Shown here: in pieces, positions 19,034-28,110 of the stretch
Numbering within the stretch: position 1 is the first letter of the stretch
Layout: each line of letters begins with the position of its first letter
Translations under genes and position numbers: made by a program
Notes under the pieces: generated by a model
The model's database searches: none
What the model was told of the DNA's origin: nothing
Seen by the model: only the letters and a program-made list of their open reading frames with translations
From: Nostoc sp.
GTDB lineage: Bacteria; Cyanobacteriota; Cyanobacteriia; Cyanobacteriales; Nostocaceae
Direction of reading: 5' to 3'
DNA: 46,927 bases
Assembly: GCA_036918135.1 (NCBI GenBank)
Contig: JBALDB010000045.1
Coordinates: 1-46,927 of the forward strand

Positions 19034-22000
19034 ATGCCGCGACAAACTTACGGCCCTGAACCTAAAAAGCGAGTTAAGCGTCTGTTGGAGGCGTTGCTTT
19101 GTTTTGCTGATGAAGAATTTGAAGATGGTGGCTTTAAAATTCAATACGACTGGAAAGACGAAGACAGCAATAATCCCAAGCTGACTTTTCAGACAACGCT
19201 GGTAGCTTTGGAGTTGCTGACACTAAAAGACAAATATCCTGGCAAGTTAACTAAAGGGCAAATTCGAGAAGCGCTGAATTTGCTAAAGGATTTTTTGAAG
19301 ATTCTAGAAGATAACCGTCTTCACACTCAAGGTTCTGAGGAATGGTACTTTACACTCAAGCTATGGTCAAAAGATAGGGAGAAGAACCTAAAAGGGTTTG
19401 ATGAAGTATGGGAAAGCAATAGACCAAAGAAATCTAAACAACTAGAAGCTAATTTCATCCCGGATGATGGTGTTACTATTGCACCCCAAATTAAACTTAC
19501 TCTATTTCAAGCACCACCTTTACCCACATACTTTGTAGAACGCCCAGAGTACAGCGATGATTTAAAGACTCGTCTTTTAAATGGTTCATCGTCTGATAGT
19601 CGCACTTTGGTAATTACTGCAATTCACGGTTTGGGTTCGGTGGGCAAATCTACTTTAGCTGCGGCTTTAGCCCATAATGCAGAAATACAATCTCGTTTTT
19701 GTGATGGCATTCTTTGGGCAACATTAGGTCAACAACCCAATGTGCTGGCTTTACTTAGTGGCTGGGTGCAACCATTAGGAGACTATAGCTTTAAGCCTAC
19801 AAGTGTAGAAGCAACTTCCTCGCATTTGCGGACTCTGCTTTATGACAAAGCTGTGTTGCTGGTGGTGGATGATGCTTGGAATACCGAAGATGCACGAGCA
19901 TTTAATTTTGGTGGGGCGCGTTGTCAAGTTTTAGTAACTACTCGTGAAGGTCATATTGCCGATGCTTTAGCAGCCAGCACCTACAGCCTAGATATAATGA
20001 AACCAGACCAGGCAATGGAATTGCTGACGAAGAAATTAAGACGCGAGATTACAGGCACAGAACGTCACTCAGCAGAAAATTTAGCCAAAGGTGTTGGTTA
20101 TCTTCCCCTAGCATTGGAACTTGCAGCCGCCGAAGTTGCCTGTGGTACGACTTGGAATGAACTGTTGGCAGATATTCAGCAAGAAATAGCCAGATTAACA
20201 AGTTTTGACCGACCGGAAGCCGAAGAAATTACTGATGAGGCTAGTTTAAAACGCCTGAGTTTAACCGCATCATTAAATTTGAGCGTCAAGAGAATGCCAC
20301 CAGAAAAGCAGCAGCATTTCTCTTGGTTAGGGGTATTGCCGGAGGATGTCAACATTAATAAGATGATGGCGGCAACGCTGTGGCAGATGGATAAGTGTGA
20401 TGCTGCCAAGATGTTGCAATATTTACGGAATAAAGCATTGCTATTAACAGGACTACCGCTTGCTGATGGTATGCCTACCTATCGCTTACATGACTTATTC
20501 CACGATTTAGCTTGTAATTTGTTAACTGCTCCCTCCCAGCCAAAGCGCCCAGGAGATTTGGCTGGGTTGGGTTTAAACCTTGCTGATGTTCACGCAGCTT
20601 TTTTAAAGAAGTATCGGCAGAAAACCCAGAATGGTTTATGGCATACTTTACTCGATGATGGTTACATTCATCAGTATTTAGTTTGGCATTTGGAAAAGGC
20701 TGGACAGTTAGAAGAGATTCACACCTTATTGCGGGAAGAGTCTGCAACTGGAAGCAATGGCTGGTATGAAGCGCGAGAACAATTGGCACAAACTGGCGGT
20801 TACATCACAGATATTTCTCGTGCCTGGGAACTAGCAGAAGCGAATCGGACTGAATCAACACTAAGCTTGCAGTGTCGTTATGCTTTGATTACTGCATCAA
20901 TGAATAGTTTGGCAGCTAATCTACCAGGAAATCTGCTGGTAGCGTTGGTCAAAAACAAGATGTGGACTCCCGAACAAGGACTAGCTTATGCTCTGCAAAA
21001 ACCAGAATTACGAGAGAAAATTGACTCGCTGACAGAACTAGTCAATTATTTAACACCAAATCTTCAAGAATTAACACTGCAAAAAGCCCTTGCTGCTGCC
21101 AGGGTGACTCAGAATGAGTCAAATCGTGCCAATGCCTTGAGTGCCTTAGCTGACAAACTGCCAGATATATTGCCAGAAGCCCTTGCTGCTGCCAGGGCAA
21201 TACAGGATGAATATGATCGTGCCAATGCCTTGAGTGCCTTAGCTGACAAACTGCCACCAGAGTTATTGCCAGAAGCCCTTGCTGCTGCCAGGGCAATTCA
21301 GCATGAGGATTCTCGTGCCAAAGTCTTGAGTGCCTTAGCTGACAAACTGCCACCAGAGTTGTTATCAAAAGCCCTTGCTGCTGCCAGGGCGATTCAGGAC
21401 GAGTATTATTGTGCCTATGCCTTGAGGGGCTTAGCTGAAGAACTGCCAGATATATTACCAGAAGCCCTTGCTGCTGCCAGGGCGATTCAGCATGAGGATT
21501 CTCGTGCTGATGCCTTGAGTGCCTTAGCTGAAAAACTACCAGATATATTGCCAGAAACCCTTGCTGCTGCCAGGGCAATACAGGATGAGTATTCTCGTAC
21601 CAAAGTCTTGAGTGCCTTAGCTGACAAACTGCCGGATATATTGCCAGAAGCCCTTGCTGCTGCCAGGGCGATTCAGGATGAGGATTCTCGTGCCAAAGCC
21701 TTGAGGGACTTAGCTGACAAACTACCGGATATATTACCAGAAGCCCTTGCTGCTGCCAGGGCCATTCAAGATAAGGATGATCGTGGCTTAGTGTTGAGTG
21801 CCTTAGCTGAAAAACTGCCAGATATATTACCAGAAGCCCTTGCTGCTGCCAGGGCCATTCAATATGAGGCGAATCGTGCTGATGCCTTGAGTGCCTTAGC
21901 TGAAAAACTGCCAGATATATTGCCAGAAGCCCTTGCTGCTGCCAGGGCAATTGAGAATGAGGATTTTCGTACCCAACCCTTGAGTGCCTTAGCTGACAGT

Positions 22001-22192
22001 TTGTCACAAATCCGATCTACGGAACTTTTCCCCCTTTGGCAAGATACACTTCATGAGCTATCCCTTCGCACTCGCTCTAATTTGGTGCAAGATATCAAAG
22101 CATTGTTTCCAGTTATCTTTGCATTAGGTGGCAAAGCAGCAACGGTAGAAATTGCTCGTGCGATTGTCGATGCGGGGCGATGGTGGAAATAA
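19034..22192 (+). CDS. STAND NB-ARC (APAF-1-like) NTPase with C-terminal helical repeats (bacterial NLR-like)
   Basis: Walker A GLGSVGKS, Walker B LLVVDDAW, VLVTTR, GYLPLAL, LHDL; 10 C-terminal repeats. Confidence 0.9.
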   Translation: MPRQTYGPEPKKRVKRLLEALLCFADEEFEDGGFKIQYDWKDEDSNNPKLTFQTTLVALELLTLKDKYPGKLTKGQIREALNLLKDFLKILEDNRLHTQGSEEWYFTLKLWSKDREKNLKGFDEVWESNRPKKSKQLEANFIPDDGVTIAPQIKLTLFQAPPLPTYFVERPEYSDDLKTRLLNGSSSDSRTLVITAIHGLGSVGKSTLAAALAHNAEIQSRFCDGILWATLGQQPNVLALLSGWVQPLGDYSFKPTSVEATSSHLRTLLYDKAVLLVVDDAWNTEDARAFNFGGARCQVLVTTREGHIADALAASTYSLDIMKPDQAMELLTKKLRREITGTERHSAENLAKGVGYLPLALELAAAEVACGTTWNELLADIQQEIARLTSFDRPEAEEITDEASLKRLSLTASLNLSVKRMPPEKQQHFSWLGVLPEDVNINKMMAATLWQMDKCDAAKMLQYLRNKALLLTGLPLADGMPTYRLHDLFHDLACNLLTAPSQPKRPGDLAGLGLNLADVHAAFLKKYRQKTQNGLWHTLLDDGYIHQYLVWHLEKAGQLEEIHTLLREESATGSNGWYEAREQLAQTGGYITDISRAWELAEANRTESTLSLQCRYALITASMNSLAANLPGNLLVALVKNKMWTPEQGLAYALQKPELREKIDSLTELVNYLTPNLQELTLQKALAAARVTQNESNRANALSALADKLPDILPEALAAARAIQDEYDRANALSALADKLPPELLPEALAAARAIQHEDSRAKVLSALADKLPPELLSKALAAARAIQDEYYCAYALRGLAEELPDILPEALAAARAIQHEDSRADALSALAEKLPDILPETLAAARAIQDEYSRTKVLSALADKLPDILPEALAAARAIQDEDSRAKALRDLADKLPDILPEALAAARAIQDKDDRGLVLSALAEKLPDILPEALAAARAIQYEANRADALSALAEKLPDILPEALAAARAIENEDFRTQPLSALADSLSQIRSTELFPLWQDTLHELSLRTRSNLVQDIKALFPVIFALGGKAATVEIARAIVDAGRWWK
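21080..22000 (+). repeat. Ten 93/96-bp intragenic tandem repeats
   Basis: Recurring gcccttgctgctgccaggg...ttgagtgccttagctga; peptide PEALAAARAIQxExxRAxALSALADKLPDIL. Confidence 0.95.
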
Positions 22193-22349
22193 TTTTTAAT
22201 TCGTAATTCGTACCTCGGCTTCGCTCGGCAACCTAATTCGTAATTTAAGAGAGTTAGATTTAACTTGCATCTGTAGCCTAATTTTGGTCAATTGGTATAA
22301 AAGGATGCAAAATTTATAGTTTTAAGCGAAGTGCGATCGCCTTTTACAG

Positions 22350-22590
22350 CTACTCAACCCAACTATCTCTGGTATCCATGAGTAAGCGATCGCAGTTAAT
22401 CATAAAATCATCAAAGAAATTGTCTAGACTGTCGATGAGCGATCGCCAGGGGTTATCTTTGGCAATAAGAGCGATCGCGTTACCAATTTTTTTTAATATA
22501 GACTTCTGTGCCAGTAAGATGAAAATCTTCGGGCAAAACAACAACTTGGTGAGTGCCATCAGTGCTGAGTTTAGCGGTGTTTACGATATT
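22350..22590 (-). pseudogene. vapB: VapB (AbrB-fold) antitoxin pseudogene
   Basis: NTAKLSTDGTHQVVVLPEDFHLTGTEVYIKK then +1 slip in an A8 run (22487-22494) to IGNAIALIAKDNPWRSLIDSLDNFFDDFM; no clear start codon. Confidence 0.75.
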
Positions 22591-22669
22591 ACTTTTATTC
22601 TGTTGCAGTTGCTCATCGTTCAACTATAGCGCTTCTCAGTTTTTAGCTCTAACCCAAGCGTATTGGATA

Positions 22670-23038
22670 CTATTCTTCAATCCAATTACTCAAAAATTCT
22701 ACCTGGTTTTGCATTTCTTCTGCTGACTTAACTGCAATTAATCTCAAAATACCGCGCATTATTTCTCCCACTGAATAACGTTGCTGCTGTACCAAAATCA
22801 TTCCTGCATGAGATTGTTCTTTGGTCAAAAAATCAGTGTGCAAACGGCAGAAATCTCTGATATTAGAACTATATAAGACAAAACCTTGTTCAGTTGCCCA
22901 CGTTAGCTGTTCTTCATCTGTATATCCCAGCCTATTCAAATTTAGACTTGTAATCACATCTACACCACGATTTTGTAGAGCCAGAACTAGAGAACGTGCA
23001 GTAGAATCCTCATCCATATACAAGCGAATTCGGCTCAT
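22670..23038 (-). CDS. DUF5615 PIN-like putative toxin
   Basis: RLYMDED, DEEQL.WA, LYSSNIRDF, HAGMIL; overlaps the DUF433 gene (ATGA). Confidence 0.85.
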   Translation of the reverse strand: MSRIRLYMDEDSTARSLVLALQNRGVDVITSLNLNRLGYTDEEQLTWATEQGFVLYSSNIRDFCRLHTDFLTKEQSHAGMILVQQQRYSVGEIMRGILRLIAVKSAEEMQNQVEFLSNWIEE

Positions 23039-23328
23039 GAAAGTTTTTGAGTTTTATGTAGTTTCTCTAATCTCTCAGCCTCATCTGCTTCTGCTGCAAT
23101 GTCAGCGTCAATTTGGTCGCGGTTAGCATGATAATAAGCTAAAGCTGCATAAACCTGCGCTAAGGTCAGATGACTAATTTGATCTGCAATCTCTTCGGCG
23201 CTATAACCTTGTTTGTACCAGATTGCTATGCGCCTGACTGTCACCCCTGTACCAGCAATAATCGGACAACCGCCGTGTATTCCAGAATGATGGTTAATCA
23301 GTGTACCAATATCAGTAATAGTTGTCAA
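23035..23328 (-). CDS. DUF433 putative antitoxin
   Basis: GGCPIIAGTGVTV, LTLAQVYAALAYY. Confidence 0.88.
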   Translation of the reverse strand: MTTITDIGTLINHHSGIHGGCPIIAGTGVTVRRIAIWYKQGYSAEEIADQISHLTLAQVYAALAYYHANRDQIDADIAAEADEAERLEKLHKTQKLS

Positions 23329-23495
23329 AACTTGTTCTCCAAGATTTTTTACATTATCTCTAATTTGAATTAGACTTGCCTAAACTGCGATCGCGATCGC
23401 CCTTCCATAACACGCTACTAACTATTTCTCATAAACTGCGATTACCTACAAAAGTTTTGCCTACGCAGCCATATCCATAAACAAGCCGCTTTGCT

Positions 23496-23645
23496 GGTAT
23501 CAAGCAGGTATCGCATTTACAAACTCTCTCTGGTGTCGATGAGTGAGCGATCGCAATTTATCATAAAATCATCACCAGAAATTGTCTAGACTATTGATGA
23601 GCGATCGCCAGGGGTTATCTTTGGCAATGAGAGCGATCGCGTTTG
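23496..23645 (-). pseudogene. vapB 3' half plus the first codons of vapC
   Basis: Near-copy of 22362-22481; stop TAA at 23519-23517 is followed directly by ATG CGA TAC CTG CTT GAT ACC (MRYLLDT, a PIN/VapC N-terminus), after which similarity stops. Confidence 0.7.
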
Positions 23646-23683
23646 GGCAAAAAGCGATCGCGTTGAGGTTGAGCATCTCAAAA

Positions 23684-23948
23684 CTAATTTTTTCTATAAA
23701 CATCTTTCCGATGCTTGCACTGCAAAATTTGTATGAGTTGACTTTCATCATCAATCTCATAACGAACTCTATAATCACCAATACGGATACGATACTCGTT
23801 ATCAAAACCTTTTAACTTGACAATTCCATCGGGACGCGGTTCTGAAGCAAGATTTTGGATTTTTTCAATAACACGCTCAAGAACATCATTTGGTATAGTT
23901 GTCAATCTGCTTTTGTACCGACTTTTAAATAATGACCGCATAACTCAT
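23684..23948 (-). pseudogene. RelE/ParE toxin with a disrupted N-terminus
   Basis: Coupled ATG at 23948 gives MSYAVII, stop at 23927-23925, KSVQKQIDN, then a +1 shift into PNDVLERV...YRIRIGDYRVRYEIDD...HRKDVYR. Confidence 0.72.
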
Positions 23949-24193
23949 TATCTCTGCTTTGAGCGGTTGGCAAGATATTCATTTATAGTCACGGATTCAC
24001 CATCGCTATACTCAGCGCGAACTGCTTGAATTTCGGCCAGTGTATCTGCATTATCTTCGTACAACGCTTCTTCGGCTTCAAAAATTTGTTGCTCAATTAG
24101 CTCTTGAAGTTGACGTTTTTCTGTTAAATCAAGGGAAGATATTGCCTCTGCTAAAGTTTCTAAGGAGAGTTGTAGTTTAACAATGGCTGGCAT
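23948..24193 (-). CDS. Putative antitoxin upstream of the relE-like gene
   Basis: 81 aa, acidic; TAATG coupling to the toxin; ends with a G..VTINEYL motif. Confidence 0.7.
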   Translation of the reverse strand: MPAIVKLQLSLETLAEAISSLDLTEKRQLQELIEQQIFEAEEALYEDNADTLAEIQAVRAEYSDGESVTINEYLANRSKQR

Positions 24194-24366
24194 TTATTCT
24201 CCTGTTGGGTGTGTTTTTTTCGCTTTGACACCATTATGCCATTGGGCATTGGGCACGAGGTATTCATTATTAATTCTTGCTCAGTGGCTGATCTCATCCA
24301 GTCCCTTTTACCTAACGCAGCAATTGAATTTACCTGACTTGCAAACTGCGATCGCCATTCCATAAC

Positions 24367-25227
24367 CTATATTTTTATCTCAAAAAGCTTGTGAAAATCA
24401 GAATCATTTTTAGCCAACTTTCTGAGCCGCAATAATCTATAAGAAAACACAGCTTTTTTCATCAATTTATCAGTTACTTTTCGGACAATTGAACGATTTT
24501 GGTATTCAATATTTTCGTGGATATCGAAGTAAATTTGTTTTTCTGCTAAATTAGATTGTCCTTTTTTGATTCTTACTCGCTCTATATTGTCTTTAAAAAA
24601 TGGAAATTTATCTTCGCGGTCATATCGAATTGTCATTCCCACCTTAGCAGCAGCTAGTCCCATCGCATAACCTTCACCATGATAAATTCCTCGCATTTCA
24701 AATAAGTAAGAAATAGTCTGCCAAAGCTGAAAAAAGTTTGTTTCCAATCCTGCTTGTCTGCCCATAGCAAACATGAATTCATGCAACCACTGCACTTGTT
24801 GAATATCGATATTTAGTTTTTGAGCTACTTCTTCTATAACTTGAATTTCTTTAGGGTTTTTGATTTCTGCCATGTGTTGCCGTAAATCACAACCAGTTCT
24901 AGCTGTAATTCCAGGAAGCCAATTCATTTCTCCGACTACAGCACCAAGAATTCGGACATCAGAATCTAAAAACATGCAACTCTCGAATAGTAAGAGAGCC
25001 TTTTCCAGGACGAAGCGTTTATCATGATACCCTTTCACACTTTGAAGACGGTGCTTGAATGCCAGAACGTGAGGAAATTCCTGAAAATACTCTGGCTTAT
25101 CAGTCAGAACGCATAGAGCTGTAGCGTGTGTGTGTTGCTGAATATCTTTAGCTAGCATTTGTGCGTGAGTACGATATCTATCACCCACAGCCAAGGTACA
25201 AAAGCAAAATTTGTCAGATGTGTTCAT
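24367..25227 (-). CDS. Hypothetical protein, possible GT-A glycosyltransferase
   Basis: VLTD and MFLDSDV (DxD) motifs. Confidence 0.55.
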   Translation of the reverse strand: MNTSDKFCFCTLAVGDRYRTHAQMLAKDIQQHTHATALCVLTDKPEYFQEFPHVLAFKHRLQSVKGYHDKRFVLEKALLLFESCMFLDSDVRILGAVVGEMNWLPGITARTGCDLRQHMAEIKNPKEIQVIEEVAQKLNIDIQQVQWLHEFMFAMGRQAGLETNFFQLWQTISYLFEMRGIYHGEGYAMGLAAAKVGMTIRYDREDKFPFFKDNIERVRIKKGQSNLAEKQIYFDIHENIEYQNRSIVRKVTDKLMKKAVFSYRLLRLRKLAKNDSDFHKLFEIKI

Positions 25228-25438
25228 ATTAGGATGTCAGTACTTTATTATCATCCTTTTCCTATGTTACAGGTCAAAATTTAGTTTCAAAATTTGGTAA
25301 AGCTTTAATTTTGAGTTGATTGCCATCGAACACTGAAGTAGTCAGTATTATCAGATGGATTAGATACATCATAATGTGAAAAATTATCTCGATCCCGATG
25401 AGGAAAAACTATGGGTTTTAACTAGACGGGGTTTATTT

Positions 25439-26629
25439 TTATTTGAGATTGCTTTTAAGGGTTAGACCTGTACCTAAAGTGCCTAAAGCTAGTAAACCTA
25501 ATATAGAAGTCGATTCAGGAACGGATGTTGAGACTGGATCGGCACGAAAAATAAAATCTCTCGAAATATTATTACTATCTTTAATCGTAGCCATAAATGC
25601 AATTTGACCCAAATTATTGAGACCCCCAGCAAAAAAAACATTGGTTACAGTACCGCCGAAAAGAGAGTCACCTATGCCAATTACCTTATCTGCAATCGGG
25701 TCTGAACCTGTAAAGATGCCATCAGCAAAAACATTCGGTGTTCCATTGTCTAAAATTCCATTGAAAGCTATTTGATTATTATTATTAATCCTAAGATCAA
25801 AAAATTCACTAAAAGTGCCACTGGTGTTAGCAACAGTGGTAATTGTTTTACCATTGCCTATAAAAACTCCTTCTTCCCCACTTTTTAGAGTGGCAGTAAA
25901 TCCAACAGCATTTCTGTTATTAATGGAAAAGTCGAAAAAGCCACCCAAGAAAGGACTAGTCTCATCAGCATCAGCGATAGTAGTAACTAAACCATTTTGA
26001 ATAGTGTACAGACCTTGGCTTACATCTTTTTTTGACACAGCAGAAAAAGCCACTACATTATTATCGTTAATTACAGGAGGTTGGTCAAAAAAGCTAAATT
26101 GCCCGCTAGTATCTACAACAGTGGTAAAAGAACCACCACTACTAGTAGCAATTACAGGGTTGTCAAAGGTATTAAGCGTAAAAACTAATGTATTATTGTT
26201 ATTAAACGCATTGGATACTACTTGGCCGACAGACAAACCATCGCTTGGTGTAGCAACAGTTATAACTGTCTTACCGTTACTTATAAAAAGACCATCTTTA
26301 GGAAGAATTTTTCCGAAGCCTATTGTACCACTGTTGTTAATTTCTGCACCGTTAAAACCGTTTAGTCGAGAGGGTTTGATAACCTGACTAATTGCTTCGC
26401 CGTTGCCAGTGAACAGACCCGTACCTATAACTGAAGGTGTGTCGGCAGCAAAAACTACTGTACCATTATCATTTATACCGCCTACTCCAACTCCAATAAA
26501 GTTTTTGTTGTCAGCTTCGGCGATTTTTGTAAAAGTAAATGTGCCTGCATATGCAGATTTCACTTCTACTACTACTAGACTAAGAAAGATCCCAATTATA
26601 GAAGTTAGAAACTTCGGGTAAATATCCAT
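25439..26629 (-). CDS. PEP-CTERM protein with NxxGxxAF beta-propeller-type repeats
   Basis: Signal peptide; repeats INDNGTVVF, INDNNVVAF, LNNLGQIAF; C-terminal VPESTSILGLLALG plus basic tail. Confidence 0.85.
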   Translation of the reverse strand: MDIYPKFLTSIIGIFLSLVVVEVKSAYAGTFTFTKIAEADNKNFIGVGVGGINDNGTVVFAADTPSVIGTGLFTGNGEAISQVIKPSRLNGFNGAEINNSGTIGFGKILPKDGLFISNGKTVITVATPSDGLSVGQVVSNAFNNNNTLVFTLNTFDNPVIATSSGGSFTTVVDTSGQFSFFDQPPVINDNNVVAFSAVSKKDVSQGLYTIQNGLVTTIADADETSPFLGGFFDFSINNRNAVGFTATLKSGEEGVFIGNGKTITTVANTSGTFSEFFDLRINNNNQIAFNGILDNGTPNVFADGIFTGSDPIADKVIGIGDSLFGGTVTNVFFAGGLNNLGQIAFMATIKDSNNISRDFIFRADPVSTSVPESTSILGLLALGTLGTGLTLKSNLK

Positions 26630-26715
26630 AACAATCTCAGCTTATTACATAAAGATTTTTGACTAAATAATTATCTCACCTTACGGCAATCAAGAATTAG
26701 TTGAATGAAATAAGG

Positions 26716-26992
26716 AAACGTGAGTTCGACGGGTAGAAAAGCTCAAAAAGCATACTAGATAGGAATTTGCTTAACTAAGTAGGTGAAGTGCGATGCCTGC
26801 GGCGGGCTTCGCCTACGCTACGATTGATTGAGAATCAGCAAAAAAGTCACAAAAAATGCCGAGACTAAGAATATCTAATAAAACGTGAGTTCGACGGATA
26901 GGAAAGGACAAAAAGCGTGCTATGTATGAATTTGCCCAACTGGGCATACAAAAAGGCGACCGCGACGATTGATTGAGAATTGGTAAAAAATT
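26716..26992 (+). mobile_element. Two tandem remnants resembling the upstream end of a cyanobacterial IS4-type element
   Basis: Both copies (26716, 26881) start AAACGTGAGTTCGACGG and end CGATTGATTGAGAAT; no transposase follows. The IS assignment is from recollection. Confidence 0.5.
26790..26818 (+). mobile_element. 21-nt SDR5-like insertion in a HIP1 site
   Basis: GCGAT[gcctgcggcgggcttcgccta]CGC; the sister copy has an uninterrupted GCGACCGC at the equivalent position. Confidence 0.8.
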
Positions 26993-27117
26993 GATGCCTT
27001 GGTGCTTAATGTTATTATGTTGCTTTTTACATACACGTGATTGTGAAATTACAGGAATCAGCTTTATCGATTCCACCCCAATTAATGTTTGTCATAACTG
27101 TAGGGCAGATTCACACA

Positions 27118-27348
27118 TCTGTAGCGGCTTCTAGCAAATCTGTAGCAGCTTGTGGCGAATCTGTAGTGGCTACTGTCAAGTCTGTAGCGGCTTGTGGCGA
27201 GTCTGTAGTGGCTACTGTCAAGTCTGTAGCGGCTTGTGGCGAGTCTGTAGCGGCTTGTGGCGAGTCTGTAGCGGCTTGTGGCAAATCTGTAGTGGCTTCT
27301 GATAAGTCTGTAGCGGCTTGTGGCGAGTCTGTAGCGGCTTCCCTTATA
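27118..27348. repeat. Eleven 21-bp tandem repeats (consensus TCTGTAGCGGCTTGTGGCGAG)
   Basis: Invariant TCTGTAG and GCT, variable last 9 nt; a degenerate 12th unit at 27097-27117. Confidence 0.95.
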
Positions 27349-27483
27349 GCTATTCTCCAAAATACCGAAATCTTACTGGTATAACCAGAAAATTTGATGA
27401 TAAAAAATTGCGATTTATGCTGAACCGGAATCTAGTTTAATTGAGGCAAGCTAGCGTTAGAAGTATCTTAAAAGAGCAAATTT

Positions 27484-27879
27484 ATGTCTCGTAAAAAGCG
27501 CACATCCCGCGTTTTAGAAAAAGCTGAGTTAAGATCTGCTGGAATGAAATTGATTCTTCCCAGCATTAAATTTGATGAAGATTATAACCTAGAAAAACTG
27601 ATTGAGTCAATCGATGATTTACGTAATGAACTTAATATTCATAATAACGCTTTGGCTGTAGTTGATTCTTCACTGACTAAAGTTGAACAAATGGAAAAAA
27701 ACTTAAATCAGCTTTCTGAAAAAATGCTAATGTTAGTTGCTATCAAGTATGGCAAAGATAGCGCTGAATATGAAATGGCAGGTGGTATTCGGGATAGCGA
27801 TCGCATCCGCAAAATGAGATCCAGCCGCTTGAAAAATGCTGCACAACAAGCATCAGAGAAGAATGGTAAAACTGCATAG
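27484..27879 (+). CDS. Conserved hypothetical helical protein (YGKDSxEYEMAGG family)
   Basis: 131 aa; basic N-terminus MSRKKRTSRVLEKA, coiled-coil core, KYGKDSAEYEMAGGIRDSDR. Confidence 0.8.
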   Translation: MSRKKRTSRVLEKAELRSAGMKLILPSIKFDEDYNLEKLIESIDDLRNELNIHNNALAVVDSSLTKVEQMEKNLNQLSEKMLMLVAIKYGKDSAEYEMAGGIRDSDRIRKMRSSRLKNAAQQASEKNGKTA

Positions 27880-28110
27880 TCAGGTGTGTTATGCCTAAGG
27901 CTACTAACACAGCGTTTTCACCATCTATTGTGGTGCCTTATGGTATTAGCCTAATGCATCCAACTGGGTTGGCGATCGCAAATCAAAATTGGTGCGCGAA
28001 TTTCAGTAAAATATAGATAGATAATATATATTTGCCGTAGGGTAGCATAGCTGTGCTACCCTATCAACGTATTTATATCCAACTAATAATCTAAAATCTA
28101 AAATCGACTT

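Noticed and set aside
21080..22000. TALE-like DNA-binding code or DGR target
   Set aside because: No TALE consensus or two-residue RVD; no reverse transcriptase or separate template repeat in the window.
21042..22007. 321-aa antisense ORF (PWQQQGLL repeats)
   Set aside because: Shadow of the NB-ARC repeats; a stop-free unit propagates when repeated.
23572..23815. Two 77-aa ORFs on opposite strands
   Set aside because: Overlap relE out of frame or antisense; only the tail of the minus-strand one derives from the vapB remnant.
26716..26760. Group II intron 5' end
   Set aside because: GTGAG is not followed by any recognisable domain V/VI or maturase.
27118..27348. CRISPR array
   Set aside because: Head-to-tail 21-bp units with only 9 variable nt that recur; no unique spacers and no cas genes.
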